Shown: positions 39,676 through 50,808, numbered from the stretch's first letter. The stretch is 51,953 nt of DNA from Actinomycetota bacterium (GCA_027859125.1 JAQIBK010000264.1:1-51953); one strand, 5' to 3'. Numbers and translations are program-made. Notes: generated by a model not told the origin, from the sequence alone.

Positions 39676-40751
39676 GAGCGAGCTCCATAGCGTGCATTCA
39701 GTGCGGCCAGAATCGCCTCGGCGGCATGTCCATCGCCATACACATCAGGATGCGCTTCGGGTTTCTCCAACGATCCGATTGCGTCCAGTATGCGGGCAGT
39801 ATCAGCACCAACGAGTCGGTTCCACCCAAGCTCGACGGTCTCGGTCCATTCCGTCTCCTCACGAAGTGTCACGCATGGCACCCCGAAGAAGTACGCCTCC
39901 TTCTGCATGCCACCCGAGTCGGTGAGCAGCGCGGCGGCGTTGCGGAGCAACCCCACGGTCTCAACGTACGAGACCGGAGGAACAGTTTGGATGTTGTCGG
40001 CGGAATCGAGCCTGGTCTGCAGGCCGAACGTGCCGATGTTCTTGGCTGTACGGGGATGGATCGCCCATATGACAGGCTTGTCAGCCGAGGCGAACGCCTC
40101 GACTATCGCTCTCAGATTGGTCTCGCTGTCGCTGTTGCCCGCACGGTGAACCGTGGCCAGGTAGTACCCTCCTGGCTCCAATCCCATGCGCTCGACGGCC
40201 TCAGCAGCTTCTGCAACGTCGGCGAAGTGCCTAGCTGTATCGAGCATGACATCGCCCACAAGGACCACGCCGTCTGCAATGCCTTCGGCCTCCAGGTTCG
40301 CGACCGCGGTCCTCGTCGGGCACAGCAGGATATCTGAGAGATGGTCGACGAGAACGCGGTTGACCTCCTCGGGCATCGTGCGATTGAAAGAACGCAAGCC
40401 CGCCTCGACATGCGCGACGGGAATGTTCAGCTTCGCAGCGGCGAGGCCCCCTGCGAGCGTGGTATTGGTGTCGCCGTACACGAGTACGACATCGGGCTTC
40501 TGCTCGGTGAACAGCTCCTCGAGAAGTACGAGCATCTCCGCAGTCTGCTGTCCGTGCGTACCGGAGCCCACGCCCAGATTGAAGTCAGGGCGTGGAATGC
40601 CGAGCTGCTCGAAGAAGACATCGGACATGTTGTAGTCGTAGTGCTGTCCCGAGTGGACCAACAGCTCTTCGTGCTGGGTGCGAAGCGCGGCGCACACCGG
40701 TGCGGCTTTGATGAACTGGGGTCGAGCCCCGACTATCGAAATGACCTTCAT
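39672..40751 (-). CDS. non-hydrolysing UDP-N-acetylglucosamine-type 2-epimerase (WecB/WbpI-like)
   Basis: 359 aa with the motifs IVGARPQFIKAAPV, HSGQHYD, LVYGDTNTTLAG, VAHVEAGLRSFNRTMPEEVNR. Confidence 0.9.
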   Translation of the reverse strand: MKVISIVGARPQFIKAAPVCAALRTQHEELLVHSGQHYDYNMSDVFFEQLGIPRPDFNLGVGSGTHGQQTAEMLVLLEELFTEQKPDVVLVYGDTNTTLAGGLAAAKLNIPVAHVEAGLRSFNRTMPEEVNRVLVDHLSDILLCPTRTAVANLEAEGIADGVVLVGDVMLDTARHFADVAEAAEAVERMGLEPGGYYLATVHRAGNSDSETNLRAIVEAFASADKPVIWAIHPRTAKNIGTFGLQTRLDSADNIQTVPPVSYVETVGLLRNAAALLTDSGGMQKEAYFFGVPCVTLREETEWTETVELGWNRLVGADTARILDAIGSLEKPEAHPDVYGDGHAAEAILAALNARYGARS

Positions 40752-40754
40752 GGT

Positions 40755-41870
40755 TTAGGCGAGAGCCCCCTTGACGACTGCTGCGACTTCTTGGATCTGC
40801 TCAGCGGTGATGCCCGGGAATGCGGGAAGCGCGAACGTGCAGTTGTCACAGGACTCAGCCACGGGCAGGGACGGCTTCTCCCACTCCTTGAGCGTTGCGA
40901 GCGCCTCCTGCTCGTGCAGAGCAAGCGGGTAGTAGAGCGCCGTACCGATGCCGGCGTCCTTCAGCGCACCAATGACCTTGTCGGCAGTCGCGGAAGTCGC
41001 GGTCTTGACGATGTACAGGTGGTAGACCGAGTCGCCGAAGTCACGAGCGACAGGCAGCTCCAAGCCCTCGACGCCAGCGAGCAACTCGCCATATGCGGCA
41101 GCAGCTGCGCGGCGTTCCGCGTTCCATCCGTCGAGGTGCGGGAGCTTCACGAGCAGGATGGCAGCCTGAATGGCGTCGAGTCGGCTGTTGGTGCCGAACG
41201 CGTCGTGGTAGTACTTCTTGCTCGTGCCGTGCGCCGCCATCTTGCGACACTTGGCGGCAAGCTCGGCGTCGTCGGTGGTGATGATGCCACCGTCGCCGGC
41301 GCAACCGAGGTTCTTGCTGGGGAAGAAGGAGAACGCCGCAGCATGCGCGAGAGATCCCGCCATCTTGCCCTTGTACGTGGCGCCGATCGCCTGGCACGCG
41401 TCCTCGACGACCCTGAGGTCGTATTTCTCGGCTAGAGCGAGCAGCGGATCCATGTCCACGCACTGGCCGAAGATATGGACCGGCATGATCGCCTTGGTCT
41501 TGTCGGTGATGGCCGCCTCGAGCTTGGTGATGTCCATGTTGTACGTGCCGGGCTCGATGTCCACGAACACAGGTGTGGCACCCACGTGCACGATGGCCTC
41601 CACGGTGGCGAAGAACGTGAACGGTGTCGTGATGACCTCGTCGCCCTTGCCGATGCCCATCGCTGCCAGGATCAGGAACAGTGCATCGGTGCCGTTGCCG
41701 CAGGGAACCGCATGCTCGGTGCCACAGTACTCGGCGATAGCTGTCTCCAACGCCTTGACCTTGGGTCCGCCGATGAAATACGCGGTGCTCATGACCTCGT
41801 TGACTGCTGCGTCCAGGTCGTCCTTGAGCTGGGTGTACTGCAGCTTGAGGTCAAGAAGAGGGATTGCCAT
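40755..41870 (-). CDS. DegT/DnrJ/EryC1-family PLP-dependent sugar aminotransferase (WbpE-like)
   Basis: 371 aa with the motifs FIGGPKVKALE, CGNGTDALFLIL, TPFTFFATVEAI, SFFPSKNLGCAGDGG. AGGAG lies upstream. Confidence 0.9.
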   Translation of the reverse strand: MAIPLLDLKLQYTQLKDDLDAAVNEVMSTAYFIGGPKVKALETAIAEYCGTEHAVPCGNGTDALFLILAAMGIGKGDEVITTPFTFFATVEAIVHVGATPVFVDIEPGTYNMDITKLEAAITDKTKAIMPVHIFGQCVDMDPLLALAEKYDLRVVEDACQAIGATYKGKMAGSLAHAAAFSFFPSKNLGCAGDGGIITTDDAELAAKCRKMAAHGTSKKYYHDAFGTNSRLDAIQAAILLVKLPHLDGWNAERRAAAAAYGELLAGVEGLELPVARDFGDSVYHLYIVKTATSATADKVIGALKDAGIGTALYYPLALHEQEALATLKEWEKPSLPVAESCDNCTFALPAFPGITAEQIQEVAAVVKGALA

Positions 41871-41891
41871 TGGGGCTCCTGTCGTCGTCTT

Positions 41892-42689
41892 CTACTGGTT
41901 CTCGAGCAGTTGATCCTCGGGTACGTCTCGTACCTTCTTTGCGGGCACGCCCATCATGAGTGCCCTGGCTGGAACGTCACGTGTGATCACGGCGGCGGTG
42001 GCGATGAAAGCCTCCTCGCCGATCTCGATCTCGGGAAGTATGTGCACGCCGCCGCCAACGCGCGCTCCGCGCCGGACGGTACAGCCGCGCAAGTGCTCGA
42101 AGCGCTCCTGCGTGCGACCCATGTAGTTGTCGTTGGTCGTCACGACCATTGGAGCGATGAATACATCTTCCTCGAGCGTGACATAAGCGGTGATGTAGGC
42201 ACCGGACTGCATCTTTGTTCGCGAGCCTATGGTGGTGTCGTTCTCCACGGTCACCGCGCGGCCGACGATGACGTTGTCACCGATCACGCAGCGCTCACGC
42301 ACTCCTGCGCCGTCGCCCACAATGCAATCGGAGCCGAAAGTGGTGCCGGCCATGAGCACGGTGTGACTACCTACCGAGCAACCGTCGCCCAGTACGAGCC
42401 CGGGCAGTTCTCCGGCCTTGGCCGTCGAGCGCTTGCCCAGCTTGGGACGCTTGCCCAATACGGCGAAGTCGGACACGACACAACCGGCGCCCAATGAGGC
42501 TCCCTCGTGGATCGTGACGTTGTCTCCGATCACACAGCCGTCGCCGAGCATCACGTTCGGATGGATGTGCACGAACGAGCCGACGGTGACGCCGTTGCCG
42601 ACAGTGACAGCTGCATCTATGACGGCGAACGGCGCCGGCTTGAAGTCGTCGCCTATGACGGCCTCAGGGTGTACCAGGATTCCGCTCAC
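41892..42689 (-). CDS. hexapeptide-repeat (left-handed beta-helix) N-acetyltransferase (WbpD-like)
   Basis: Imperfect hexapeptide repeats run throughout (VTVGNGVTVGSFVHIHPNVMLGDGCVIGDNVTIHEG...). I place the start at GTG 42689, one nt after the upstream TAG, with GGTGGGGG upstream. The ORF-track extension to 43232 overlaps the oxidoreductase gene out of frame. Confidence 0.75.
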   Translation of the reverse strand: MSGILVHPEAVIGDDFKPAPFAVIDAAVTVGNGVTVGSFVHIHPNVMLGDGCVIGDNVTIHEGASLGAGCVVSDFAVLGKRPKLGKRSTAKAGELPGLVLGDGCSVGSHTVLMAGTTFGSDCIVGDGAGVRERCVIGDNVIVGRAVTVENDTTIGSRTKMQSGAYITAYVTLEEDVFIAPMVVTTNDNYMGRTQERFEHLRGCTVRRGARVGGGVHILPEIEIGEEAFIATAAVITRDVPARALMMGVPAKKVRDVPEDQLLENQ

Positions 42690-42690
42690 A

Positions 42691-43716
42691 CTAGACCCCC
42701 ACCGTCGTGGACACGGGCGCGCCGCCCGCCTCCATGGATTCGTCGACGGCCTCGAGCACGCGAACGACACGTAGGCCGTCGCGCCCGTCGCTGCGCGGCG
42801 TGGTGCCATCGGCGCAGCAGTCCAGGAAGTGCTGGACCTCGAGGGACAGCGGCTCCTGCATCTTGATGTGCGGCACCGTGATGTCGCCGAAGCGCAACGT
42901 GAGGTCCTCACCGTAGGCCATGGCCTGAGTGGGCTCGACACCCTTGTCGTAGATCCAGATCTTCTCGGTCGCCTGCATGTCGTCGAACACGAGCATCTTC
43001 TTGGTGCCGACGATCGTGAGCTTGCGCGTCTTATGCGGGTCGAGCCATGAGACGTGGATGTTGGCCATCTTGCCGCTGGGGAAGTGAAGGTTGGCGAAGA
43101 CCACGTCATGCACGCCGTTGCGCAGGTAATCCGCACCACGTGCGGACACGTAGTCGGGAGCCTCGCCCAGCACGTACAGCGCGATCGAGACATCGTGCGG
43201 AGCCAGCGACCAGAACGCGTTCTCCTCGGCACGCACCTTGCCCAGATTCAGGCGCTGCATGTACAGGTAGAGCACGTCGCCCAGCTCGCCGGAGGCGATG
43301 TAGTCGCGGATCCAGTTGATGGCGGTGTGGTACTCCATGAGGTGTCCGACCATGAGCTGCACGCCGGTCTCGTCGGCCATGCGCACGAGCGTCTCGGACT
43401 CACTCGACTTGAGCGTGAGGGGCTTCTCGACGTAGCAGTGCTTGCCCGCCTCGATGACCTGCTTGGCGATCGCGAAGTGTGAGGGCGCAGAGGTTGCAAC
43501 GACAACGGCATCGAGGTCGTAGTCGGCCAGCATCGCGGCGAGGTCGCTCATAGTCTCGACATACGGGTAGAGGTCCTTGAGCTTGGCCAGGTTGGACTCG
43601 GACAGATCGCACGCCGCGACCAGCTCGGCGTCACCGAGCTTGTCCAGGTTTCGGACCAGGTTCGGTCCCCAGTAGCCGAAGCCGACGACGCCGACACGAA
43701 TGGGCTTGGTACTCAC
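42691..43716 (-). CDS. Gfo/Idh/MocA-family NAD-dependent sugar oxidoreductase (WbpB-like)
   Basis: 341 aa with IRVGVVGFGYWGPNLVRN (Rossmann fold) and HCYVEKPL. GTG start overlaps the upstream TGA (GTGA). Confidence 0.85.
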   Translation of the reverse strand: MSTKPIRVGVVGFGYWGPNLVRNLDKLGDAELVAACDLSESNLAKLKDLYPYVETMSDLAAMLADYDLDAVVVATSAPSHFAIAKQVIEAGKHCYVEKPLTLKSSESETLVRMADETGVQLMVGHLMEYHTAINWIRDYIASGELGDVLYLYMQRLNLGKVRAEENAFWSLAPHDVSIALYVLGEAPDYVSARGADYLRNGVHDVVFANLHFPSGKMANIHVSWLDPHKTRKLTIVGTKKMLVFDDMQATEKIWIYDKGVEPTQAMAYGEDLTLRFGDITVPHIKMQEPLSLEVQHFLDCCADGTTPRSDGRDGLRVVRVLEAVDESMEAGGAPVSTTVGV

Positions 43717-45017
43717 AGACGCACCACCTTGTTGTCATCGAACGCCTTGAGGGCGTTGCGTGTGTCCAGAATGAGCTTGGAGCTGCGGACCACCTGGTGG
43801 TAGTCGATATTGCTGTGGTTCGTGATCACAAGCACCGCATCCGCCGAGGAGAGCTCTTTGGCCGTGAGCTCCACGGACGTGACCTGCTCACCATGGACTT
43901 TGAAGCTCTCAATCCACGGATCGTGGTAGACCACTTCGGCATCCTTGTCCAGAAGGAGCTCGATGACGCGGATGGCGGGAGACTCACGCATATCGTCGAT
44001 GTCAGCCTTGTAGGCGACGCCGAGCACGAGCACGCGTGATCCGCCCAAAGACTTGCGCTGGGTGTTCAGGGCGTCCATGAGACGCGTGACCACGTAATAG
44101 GGCATGGACTCGTTGACCTTGCCCGAAAGCTCGATGAACTCAGTGTGGAAGTCGAACTCGCGTGCTTTCCACGAAAGGTAGAACGGATCGATGGGGATAC
44201 AGTGACCGCCCAGACCGGGTCCGGGGTAGAACGGCATGAAGCCGAACGGCTTGGTCTTGGCCGCATCAACGACTTCCCAGAGGTTGATGTGCATACGCTC
44301 ACAGAGTTGCAGAAGCTCGTTCATGAGCGCGATGTTGACGGAACGGAAGATGTTCTCGAGCAGCTTGGTCATCTCGGCGGCACGGGTAGAGGAGACCGGA
44401 ACAACAGTGTCGATGAAGCGCTCGTAGAGCTGCACTGCGTGCTTGGTGCACTGAGCCGTCACGCCGCCGACGACCTTGGGCGTGTTGCGGGTCTGGAACG
44501 TGGGGTTGCCCGGATCGACACGCTCAGGGGAGAACGCGAGGTAGAGGCCGTCGCCGACTGTCATACCGGATGACTCCAGGATCGGCTGGATGATCTCCTC
44601 CGTGGTGCCGGGATAGGTGGTGGACTCGAGGGTGACGAGCACCTCGCCGGACAGGTACGGCGCGATCGAGGTGGTCGCACTCTCCATATAGGATGTGTCG
44701 GGCTCCTTCATCTCGTTGAGAGGCGTGGGCACACAGACCGAGATCGCGTCGCACTCTGCGGCGCGGGCGAAGTCCGTGGTCGCCTCGATGAGACCAGCCT
44801 TCACGAGCTTCGCGAGCTCTTCACTCGGCACGTCGGGGATGTAGCTCTCCCCCTCGTTGATGGAGGCGACCTTCTCCAATGAGATATCGAGACCAACGAC
44901 CTTGTGGCCAGCCTTGGCCATCTCAACCACCAGCGGCAGACCCACGTAGCCGAGTCCCACCACACCAAGGACGGCAGTGCCGTCATGCAAGCGCTGTTCG
45001 AGTGCCATCTGTTCCAT
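43713..45017 (-). CDS. UDP-sugar 6-dehydrogenase, UDP-N-acetyl-D-glucosamine/mannosamine dehydrogenase type (WbpA-like)
   Basis: 434 aa with the motifs GVVGLGYVGLPLVV, PERVDPGN, GPGLGGHCIPIDP, VLGVAYKADIDDMRESPA. Confidence 0.9.
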   Translation of the reverse strand: MEQMALEQRLHDGTAVLGVVGLGYVGLPLVVEMAKAGHKVVGLDISLEKVASINEGESYIPDVPSEELAKLVKAGLIEATTDFARAAECDAISVCVPTPLNEMKEPDTSYMESATTSIAPYLSGEVLVTLESTTYPGTTEEIIQPILESSGMTVGDGLYLAFSPERVDPGNPTFQTRNTPKVVGGVTAQCTKHAVQLYERFIDTVVPVSSTRAAEMTKLLENIFRSVNIALMNELLQLCERMHINLWEVVDAAKTKPFGFMPFYPGPGLGGHCIPIDPFYLSWKAREFDFHTEFIELSGKVNESMPYYVVTRLMDALNTQRKSLGGSRVLVLGVAYKADIDDMRESPAIRVIELLLDKDAEVVYHDPWIESFKVHGEQVTSVELTAKELSSADAVLVITNHSNIDYHQVVRSSKLILDTRNALKAFDDNKVVRL

Positions 45018-45090
45018 CCGCTCCCATTCGTTGCGCGAGGGCTCATCCCCCGCTACAGCCGTACTTCGACCCGATCAAGCCACAACCGTA

Positions 45091-45513
45091 CTATTTTATC
45101 GCGAACATGAGCTCCCCTGCACACGCAAGTTCGCCATCGACCGATGCCTTGACAGTTCCGAATCCAATTGGCCCACGCATCTTGGTGATCTCCACCTCGA
45201 GCTTGAGGGTCTCGCCCGGCACGACCTGGCGCTTGAAGCGTACTTTGTCGATGCCGGCGAAGAACGCAAGTTTACCCTGATTCTCCGGAACGGAAAGCAG
45301 TGAGACCGCTCCCACCTGTGCAAGTGCCTCTACGATCAACACGCCCGGCATGACAGGATACTCGGGAAAGTGACCGGGTACCCAGAACATCTCCTGCGAC
45401 ACATCCAGATAACCAGTGGCACGCTCGCCCGGTACGACATCCTCGGCTCGATCGACAAGAAGGAAGGGTGCGCGGTGAGGGATGATCTGCTCGATTGCCT
45501 CTTTGTCCATCAT
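45091..45513 (-). CDS. fabZ: 3-hydroxyacyl-ACP dehydratase FabZ
   Basis: Motifs [50 protein letters not shown]. Start placed at ATG 45513 (AAGGAG 6 nt upstream), which removes the overlap with murA. Confidence 0.9.
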   Translation of the reverse strand: MMDKEAIEQIIPHRAPFLLVDRAEDVVPGERATGYLDVSQEMFWVPGHFPEYPVMPGVLIVEALAQVGAVSLLSVPENQGKLAFFAGIDKVRFKRQVVPGETLKLEVEITKMRGPIGFGTVKASVDGELACAGELMFAIK

Positions 45514-45532
45514 ACGGAACTCCTTCACAGTC

Positions 45533-46828
45533 CTACTCTTCGCATCCATCGGACGCTGTGCCCATCGTGTCCGCTTTCATGACAATGTCAGCACCGAGCG
45601 CCGCCAGCTTCTCGACAAAACGCTCGTAGCCGCGTTCAATGTGGTGCACATCGTTGATCCGAGTGCACCCTTCGGCCACTAGAGCGGCTAAGACCAGTGC
45701 AGCGCCGCCACGTAGGTCGGGGCTGCGAACCGGGGCCCCGGACAGGCCGCGCACGCCCTTCACGATCGCGTGATGTGCCTCGATTCGCACATCAGCGCCC
45801 ATGCGCACGAGTTCGTCAGCGAACATGAAGCGGTTCTCGAACACGTTCTCGGTGATTATGCAGTCTCCGTCCGACAAAGCCATGAGCGCCATGAACTGCG
45901 CCTGCATGTCGGTAGGGAACCCCGGATACGGCAGGGTCTGCACGTCGACCGGCCGAGCGATGGAAGTGCGCTCGATCGTAACGCCGTCGGGCAGCACGAT
46001 GACTTCGCACCCAGCTGCGCGCAGTTTGGTGAGCACGAGTTCCAGATGCTTGGGATTGAAACCACGCACTGTCACAGGTCCGCCACACAGCGCACCCGCG
46101 ACCAGGAACGTCCCCGCCTCGATACGATCGCCGACCACGCGATGCTCGACCGGATGCAGAGCATCGACACCGGTAACGGTGATCGTCGGCGAGCCAGCGC
46201 CCTGGATGTCCGCGCCCATACCGACGAGGAACGCGGTCAAATCTGCGATCTCCGGCTCGCGCGCGGCGTTGTCTATGACAGTGGTGCCCTCCGCGAGCAC
46301 TGCCGCCATCAGAAGATTCTCTGTAGCACCCACACTGGGAAAGTCCAGCATGACGTCCGCGCCCTTCAGTCCCTCGGGCGCGGTGGCATGTATGTATCCG
46401 TGGCCGAACTCGATGCGGACCCCGAGTTCCTGCAGACCGCGGATGTGCATGTCTATCTTTCGAGAACCGATGTTGCAGCCGCCCGGCATGGCGACCTTGG
46501 CCTGCCCGAGCCTGGCGACCAGCGGCCCGAGCACCGCAATGGAGGCACGCATGCGCGACACCATCTCGTACGGAGCCTCGAAGGAGGTGAGCGTCGTGGC
46601 ATCCACGGTCAGTTCATGATCCGAACGCACGACAAGTGCACCGAGCCCACCGATGACCTCGGCCATCACGCCAATGTCAGAGATGGTCGGCACATTGGTG
46701 ATTCGCGACACTCCGGGTGCGAGCAACGACGCTGCCATCAGTTTCAGCACCGAGTTCTTCGCACCCTCAACGCGAACCTCGCCGTGCAGAGCACGACCTC
46801 CGCGAACCTCGATCACAGTTGAGCCCAC
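45533..46828 (-). CDS. murA: UDP-N-acetylglucosamine 1-carboxyvinyltransferase
   Basis: 431 aa with the motifs [29 protein letters not shown] (catalytic Cys retained), [13 protein letters not shown] and [19 protein letters not shown] start. Confidence 0.95.
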   Translation of the reverse strand: MGSTVIEVRGGRALHGEVRVEGAKNSVLKLMAASLLAPGVSRITNVPTISDIGVMAEVIGGLGALVVRSDHELTVDATTLTSFEAPYEMVSRMRASIAVLGPLVARLGQAKVAMPGGCNIGSRKIDMHIRGLQELGVRIEFGHGYIHATAPEGLKGADVMLDFPSVGATENLLMAAVLAEGTTVIDNAAREPEIADLTAFLVGMGADIQGAGSPTITVTGVDALHPVEHRVVGDRIEAGTFLVAGALCGGPVTVRGFNPKHLELVLTKLRAAGCEVIVLPDGVTIERTSIARPVDVQTLPYPGFPTDMQAQFMALMALSDGDCIITENVFENRFMFADELVRMGADVRIEAHHAIVKGVRGLSGAPVRSPDLRGGAALVLAALVAEGCTRINDVHHIERGYERFVEKLAALGADIVMKADTMGTASDGCEE

Positions 46829-46882
46829 AACGGCCCCGCTCTCTCAATGTTGGTATCAGCGCTCACGGTATCCGAGTGAGTC

Positions 46883-47971
46883 TCACTGGGCAACCGTCTC
46901 ACCCCTTACCGTTACCGTCCCAGAACCCAGGGGGGCCTTGTTGCCCCGATTCTGTATGCGCGACTGTGCCCAACCAACACCGAAGCTGGCAATGGTGACG
47001 CCGGCCCACGTCAGCCACAGCCCAATGTGGTCATGCCACACGAAGGAGACCAGCACGGGCGCGGATATCATGCCGAACAACTCGATGAAGAGCGGATGAA
47101 CGAGGTAGACGCCATATGTGTAGGCCCCCAGTCGCTCCGAGATCGAGCTGAGCGCAGTCCATTTTGAAAGGAACTCGCACGCACCCAATGCGCCGAGCTG
47201 AACACCGAGTGCGGCAACTGCGGTCAGGGACCGATACATTAGCACATCGCTGGCCAGGAACATGGTTCGATTGGCCATGAGCAGGAGTGAGCCTGCGAGC
47301 AGAGCCGGCCAAGTCCACAGGAGAATGACCCGATCCAATCTTCGACGCGCCACAAGTGATCCCATCGCCGCATATGGCAGATAGATCGCTGCCGATGACA
47401 GAACGCGCTCCACGACGAAAGGCACGAACGGCGCGCTCTCATCAAAGTACCCAGGGGCAAGAAGGTGAACTGCAAGCGCCAGCCCGAGCAAGAGCTCAGG
47501 CGAGAAACGAGAAACTCGATCAGCAAGAGGCGTCAAAGCGTACGTGACCATGATCGCCGGCACGAAATACAGGTGATACCAAGTCTGCCCGCTCACGACG
47601 CCAGCCAGCACCTGAGGAACAGTCCGAGACGCGCCGACTGCGAGTCCACAGGTCACATAGACTGCAGTCCAGACCAGATACGGCAAAAGAACGGTATGCA
47701 CACGCCTGCCCATGAAACGGCCGTAGATGCCTCGCCCCCCTCCGCCCCAAGGACGACCCCAGACCAACGCTCCGGAGATGAGGAAGAATGCTGGCACCGC
47801 ATAGCGAATGAGATGGCGATTCGCCGACAGCAGCCACACCCAATCAGAATCGGCGAGTTGAATGCTGTACGCCTAAACGTGGACGAACACCACACATAGG
47901 GTCGCGACGACACGAAGGACGTCGTATGAGGCAATGCGTTCACGTTCTCGCGTCACGGCCCCATCCTCCAT
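46883..47971 (-). pseudogene. acyltransferase-3 family membrane protein gene interrupted by one in-frame TAG (codon 33)
   Basis: Reverse-strand reading from ATG 47971 gives MEDGAVTRERERIASYDVLRVVATLCVVFVHV-TAG(47875-47873)-AYSIQLADSDWVWLLSANRHLIRYAVPAFFLISGAL..., continuing in the same frame as the 318-aa ORF-track entry 46883-47839. The family N-terminal signature (D.LR..A...VV..H) lies upstream of the stop, and the AVPAFFLISG motif lies downstream. Confidence 0.7.
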
Positions 47972-47987
47972 TCCGTGTACGAGCCAC

Positions 47988-48029
47988 AAAAACATCGGGG
48001 TGGCATGTCACCTTCGACACACCACCCCG
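47988..48029 (-). terminator. strong intrinsic terminator of the atp operon
   Basis: Minus-strand 14-bp stem CGGGGUGGUGUGUC / GACAUGCCACCCCG (two G-U pairs) with a 6-nt loop (48029-47996), followed by AUGUUUUU. It begins 26 nt after the atpC TAG. Confidence 0.8.
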
Positions 48030-48054
48030 ACACGATAACCCATTCGCCCTGCAA

Positions 48055-48468
48055 CTACTTCTTGCCAGCAACCTCAAGCTGGATCTCGCACCACTTGAGA
48101 TCGCGCTCGCAAGCATCGATATCGGCCTCAGCATCGACGGGAAGCTCGGCCATGCGTTTCTCGGCCAGCTCCTTCGCGCTCCGCGCCCGATCGACATCGA
48201 TCTGCGAAGACGCGACGGCGGCGTCAGCAAGGATGATGACCTTATCCTCATGAATCTGAACATAGCCGCCGGCAACTGCGAACCACTCGACCTCGTCACC
48301 GTCAAAACGCACTCGGATCTCCCCGGGCTTGAGCGCACTGACGAGTGGCGAGTGAAGCGGCAGAATGCCGATCTCGCCGTCGATCGTCGGAGCGACCACC
48401 ATCTCCACCTCATTGGTGTAGACGATGCGCTCTGGCGTGACTATCTCGCATATGAGTGTGCGTGCCAT
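48055..48468 (-). CDS. atpC: F-type ATP synthase subunit epsilon
   Basis: 137 aa with IVTPERIVY...VVAPTIDGEIGILPLHSPLVSALKPGEIRV...AVAGGYVQI. Confidence 0.9.
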   Translation of the reverse strand: MARTLICEIVTPERIVYTNEVEMVVAPTIDGEIGILPLHSPLVSALKPGEIRVRFDGDEVEWFAVAGGYVQIHEDKVIILADAAVASSQIDVDRARSAKELAEKRMAELPVDAEADIDACERDLKWCEIQLEVAGKK

Positions 48469-48483
48469 CGGTTAGCCTCCCTC

Positions 48484-49917
<1,434 letters not shown>

Positions 49918-50799
49918 CTAGTCCTCCAACGCCGCAGCGCCGCCGACGATCTCGGCGATCTCATTCGTGATCGCCGCCTGACGGGCACGGTTGTAAGTAC
50001 GGCTCAAGGAGGTGACCATCTCGCTTGCGTTGTCCGTAGCGGACTTCATGGCCGTACGCCGTGCGCCGTGCTCAGATGCCGCAGACTCCATGAGCGCGCG
50101 GTAGATGATCGTCTCGACATACGTTGGGAGAAGCAGTTCGAGGACGCTCTCGGCGTCAGGCTCGAACATGTACTCCGCAGCGATGTCTGCATCGTCTGCC
50201 GCTTCCTCGACCACCGACTGCTCGATGGGAAGGAGCTTGTGAAGCTCTGGGCTCTGCTCGGCCACGTTCTTGAAACGGTTGAAGATGATGTAGACGCCAT
50301 CGACATCATTGACCGTATAGGCCGGGATGACGTGGGCCGCGATCGACTTCGCGTCCAGGAACGTGGGCTTATCGGAGATGTCGCGATACGCTGCAATCGG
50401 CTCGATGCCACGGTAGCGGAAGTACGCACCGGCCTTCTTGCCGACCGTGATCACATCAACGACCACACCATTGGACTCCTCCTTGCGGATCAAGTCCTCG
50501 CTCATTCGCAGAATGTTCGAGTTGAACGCGCCAGCAAGCCCACGGTCCGATGTGACGGACACGACAACGATGCGTTTGCGCTCCACGTGCTCTTCGAGCA
50601 ACGGATGCTCAGCACCCTTCGCGAAGCGGGCAACGTTGCCCAAGACCTCCATCATGGACAGTGCATACGGCCTGGCGGCCTCGATCTTTGCCTGAGCCTT
50701 CTTGATTTTGGCGGTCGCGACCATTTCCATGGTGCGCGTGATCTGCTTCGTCGATTCGACGGAGACGATCCGCTTTTGTATGTCGCGTAGGTTCGCCAT
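49918..50799 (-). CDS. atpG: F-type ATP synthase subunit gamma
   Basis: 293 aa. N-terminus MANLRDIQKRIVSVESTKQITRTMEMVATAKIKKAQ and C-terminus YNRARQAAITNEIAEIVGGAAAL. Confidence 0.93.
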   Translation of the reverse strand: MANLRDIQKRIVSVESTKQITRTMEMVATAKIKKAQAKIEAARPYALSMMEVLGNVARFAKGAEHPLLEEHVERKRIVVVSVTSDRGLAGAFNSNILRMSEDLIRKEESNGVVVDVITVGKKAGAYFRYRGIEPIAAYRDISDKPTFLDAKSIAAHVIPAYTVNDVDGVYIIFNRFKNVAEQSPELHKLLPIEQSVVEEAADDADIAAEYMFEPDAESVLELLLPTYVETIIYRALMESAASEHGARRTAMKSATDNASEMVTSLSRTYNRARQAAITNEIAEIVGGAAALED

Positions 50800-50808
50800 G
50801 ATATCGCC

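Noticed and set aside
42690-43232. N-terminal 180 residues of the 446-aa ORF 41892-43232.
   Set aside because: This part overlaps the Gfo/Idh/MocA oxidoreductase gene in another frame and is Arg/Ser/Thr/Pro-rich nonsense. Hexapeptide repeats begin only after the GTG at 42689, so I truncated the acetyltransferase there.
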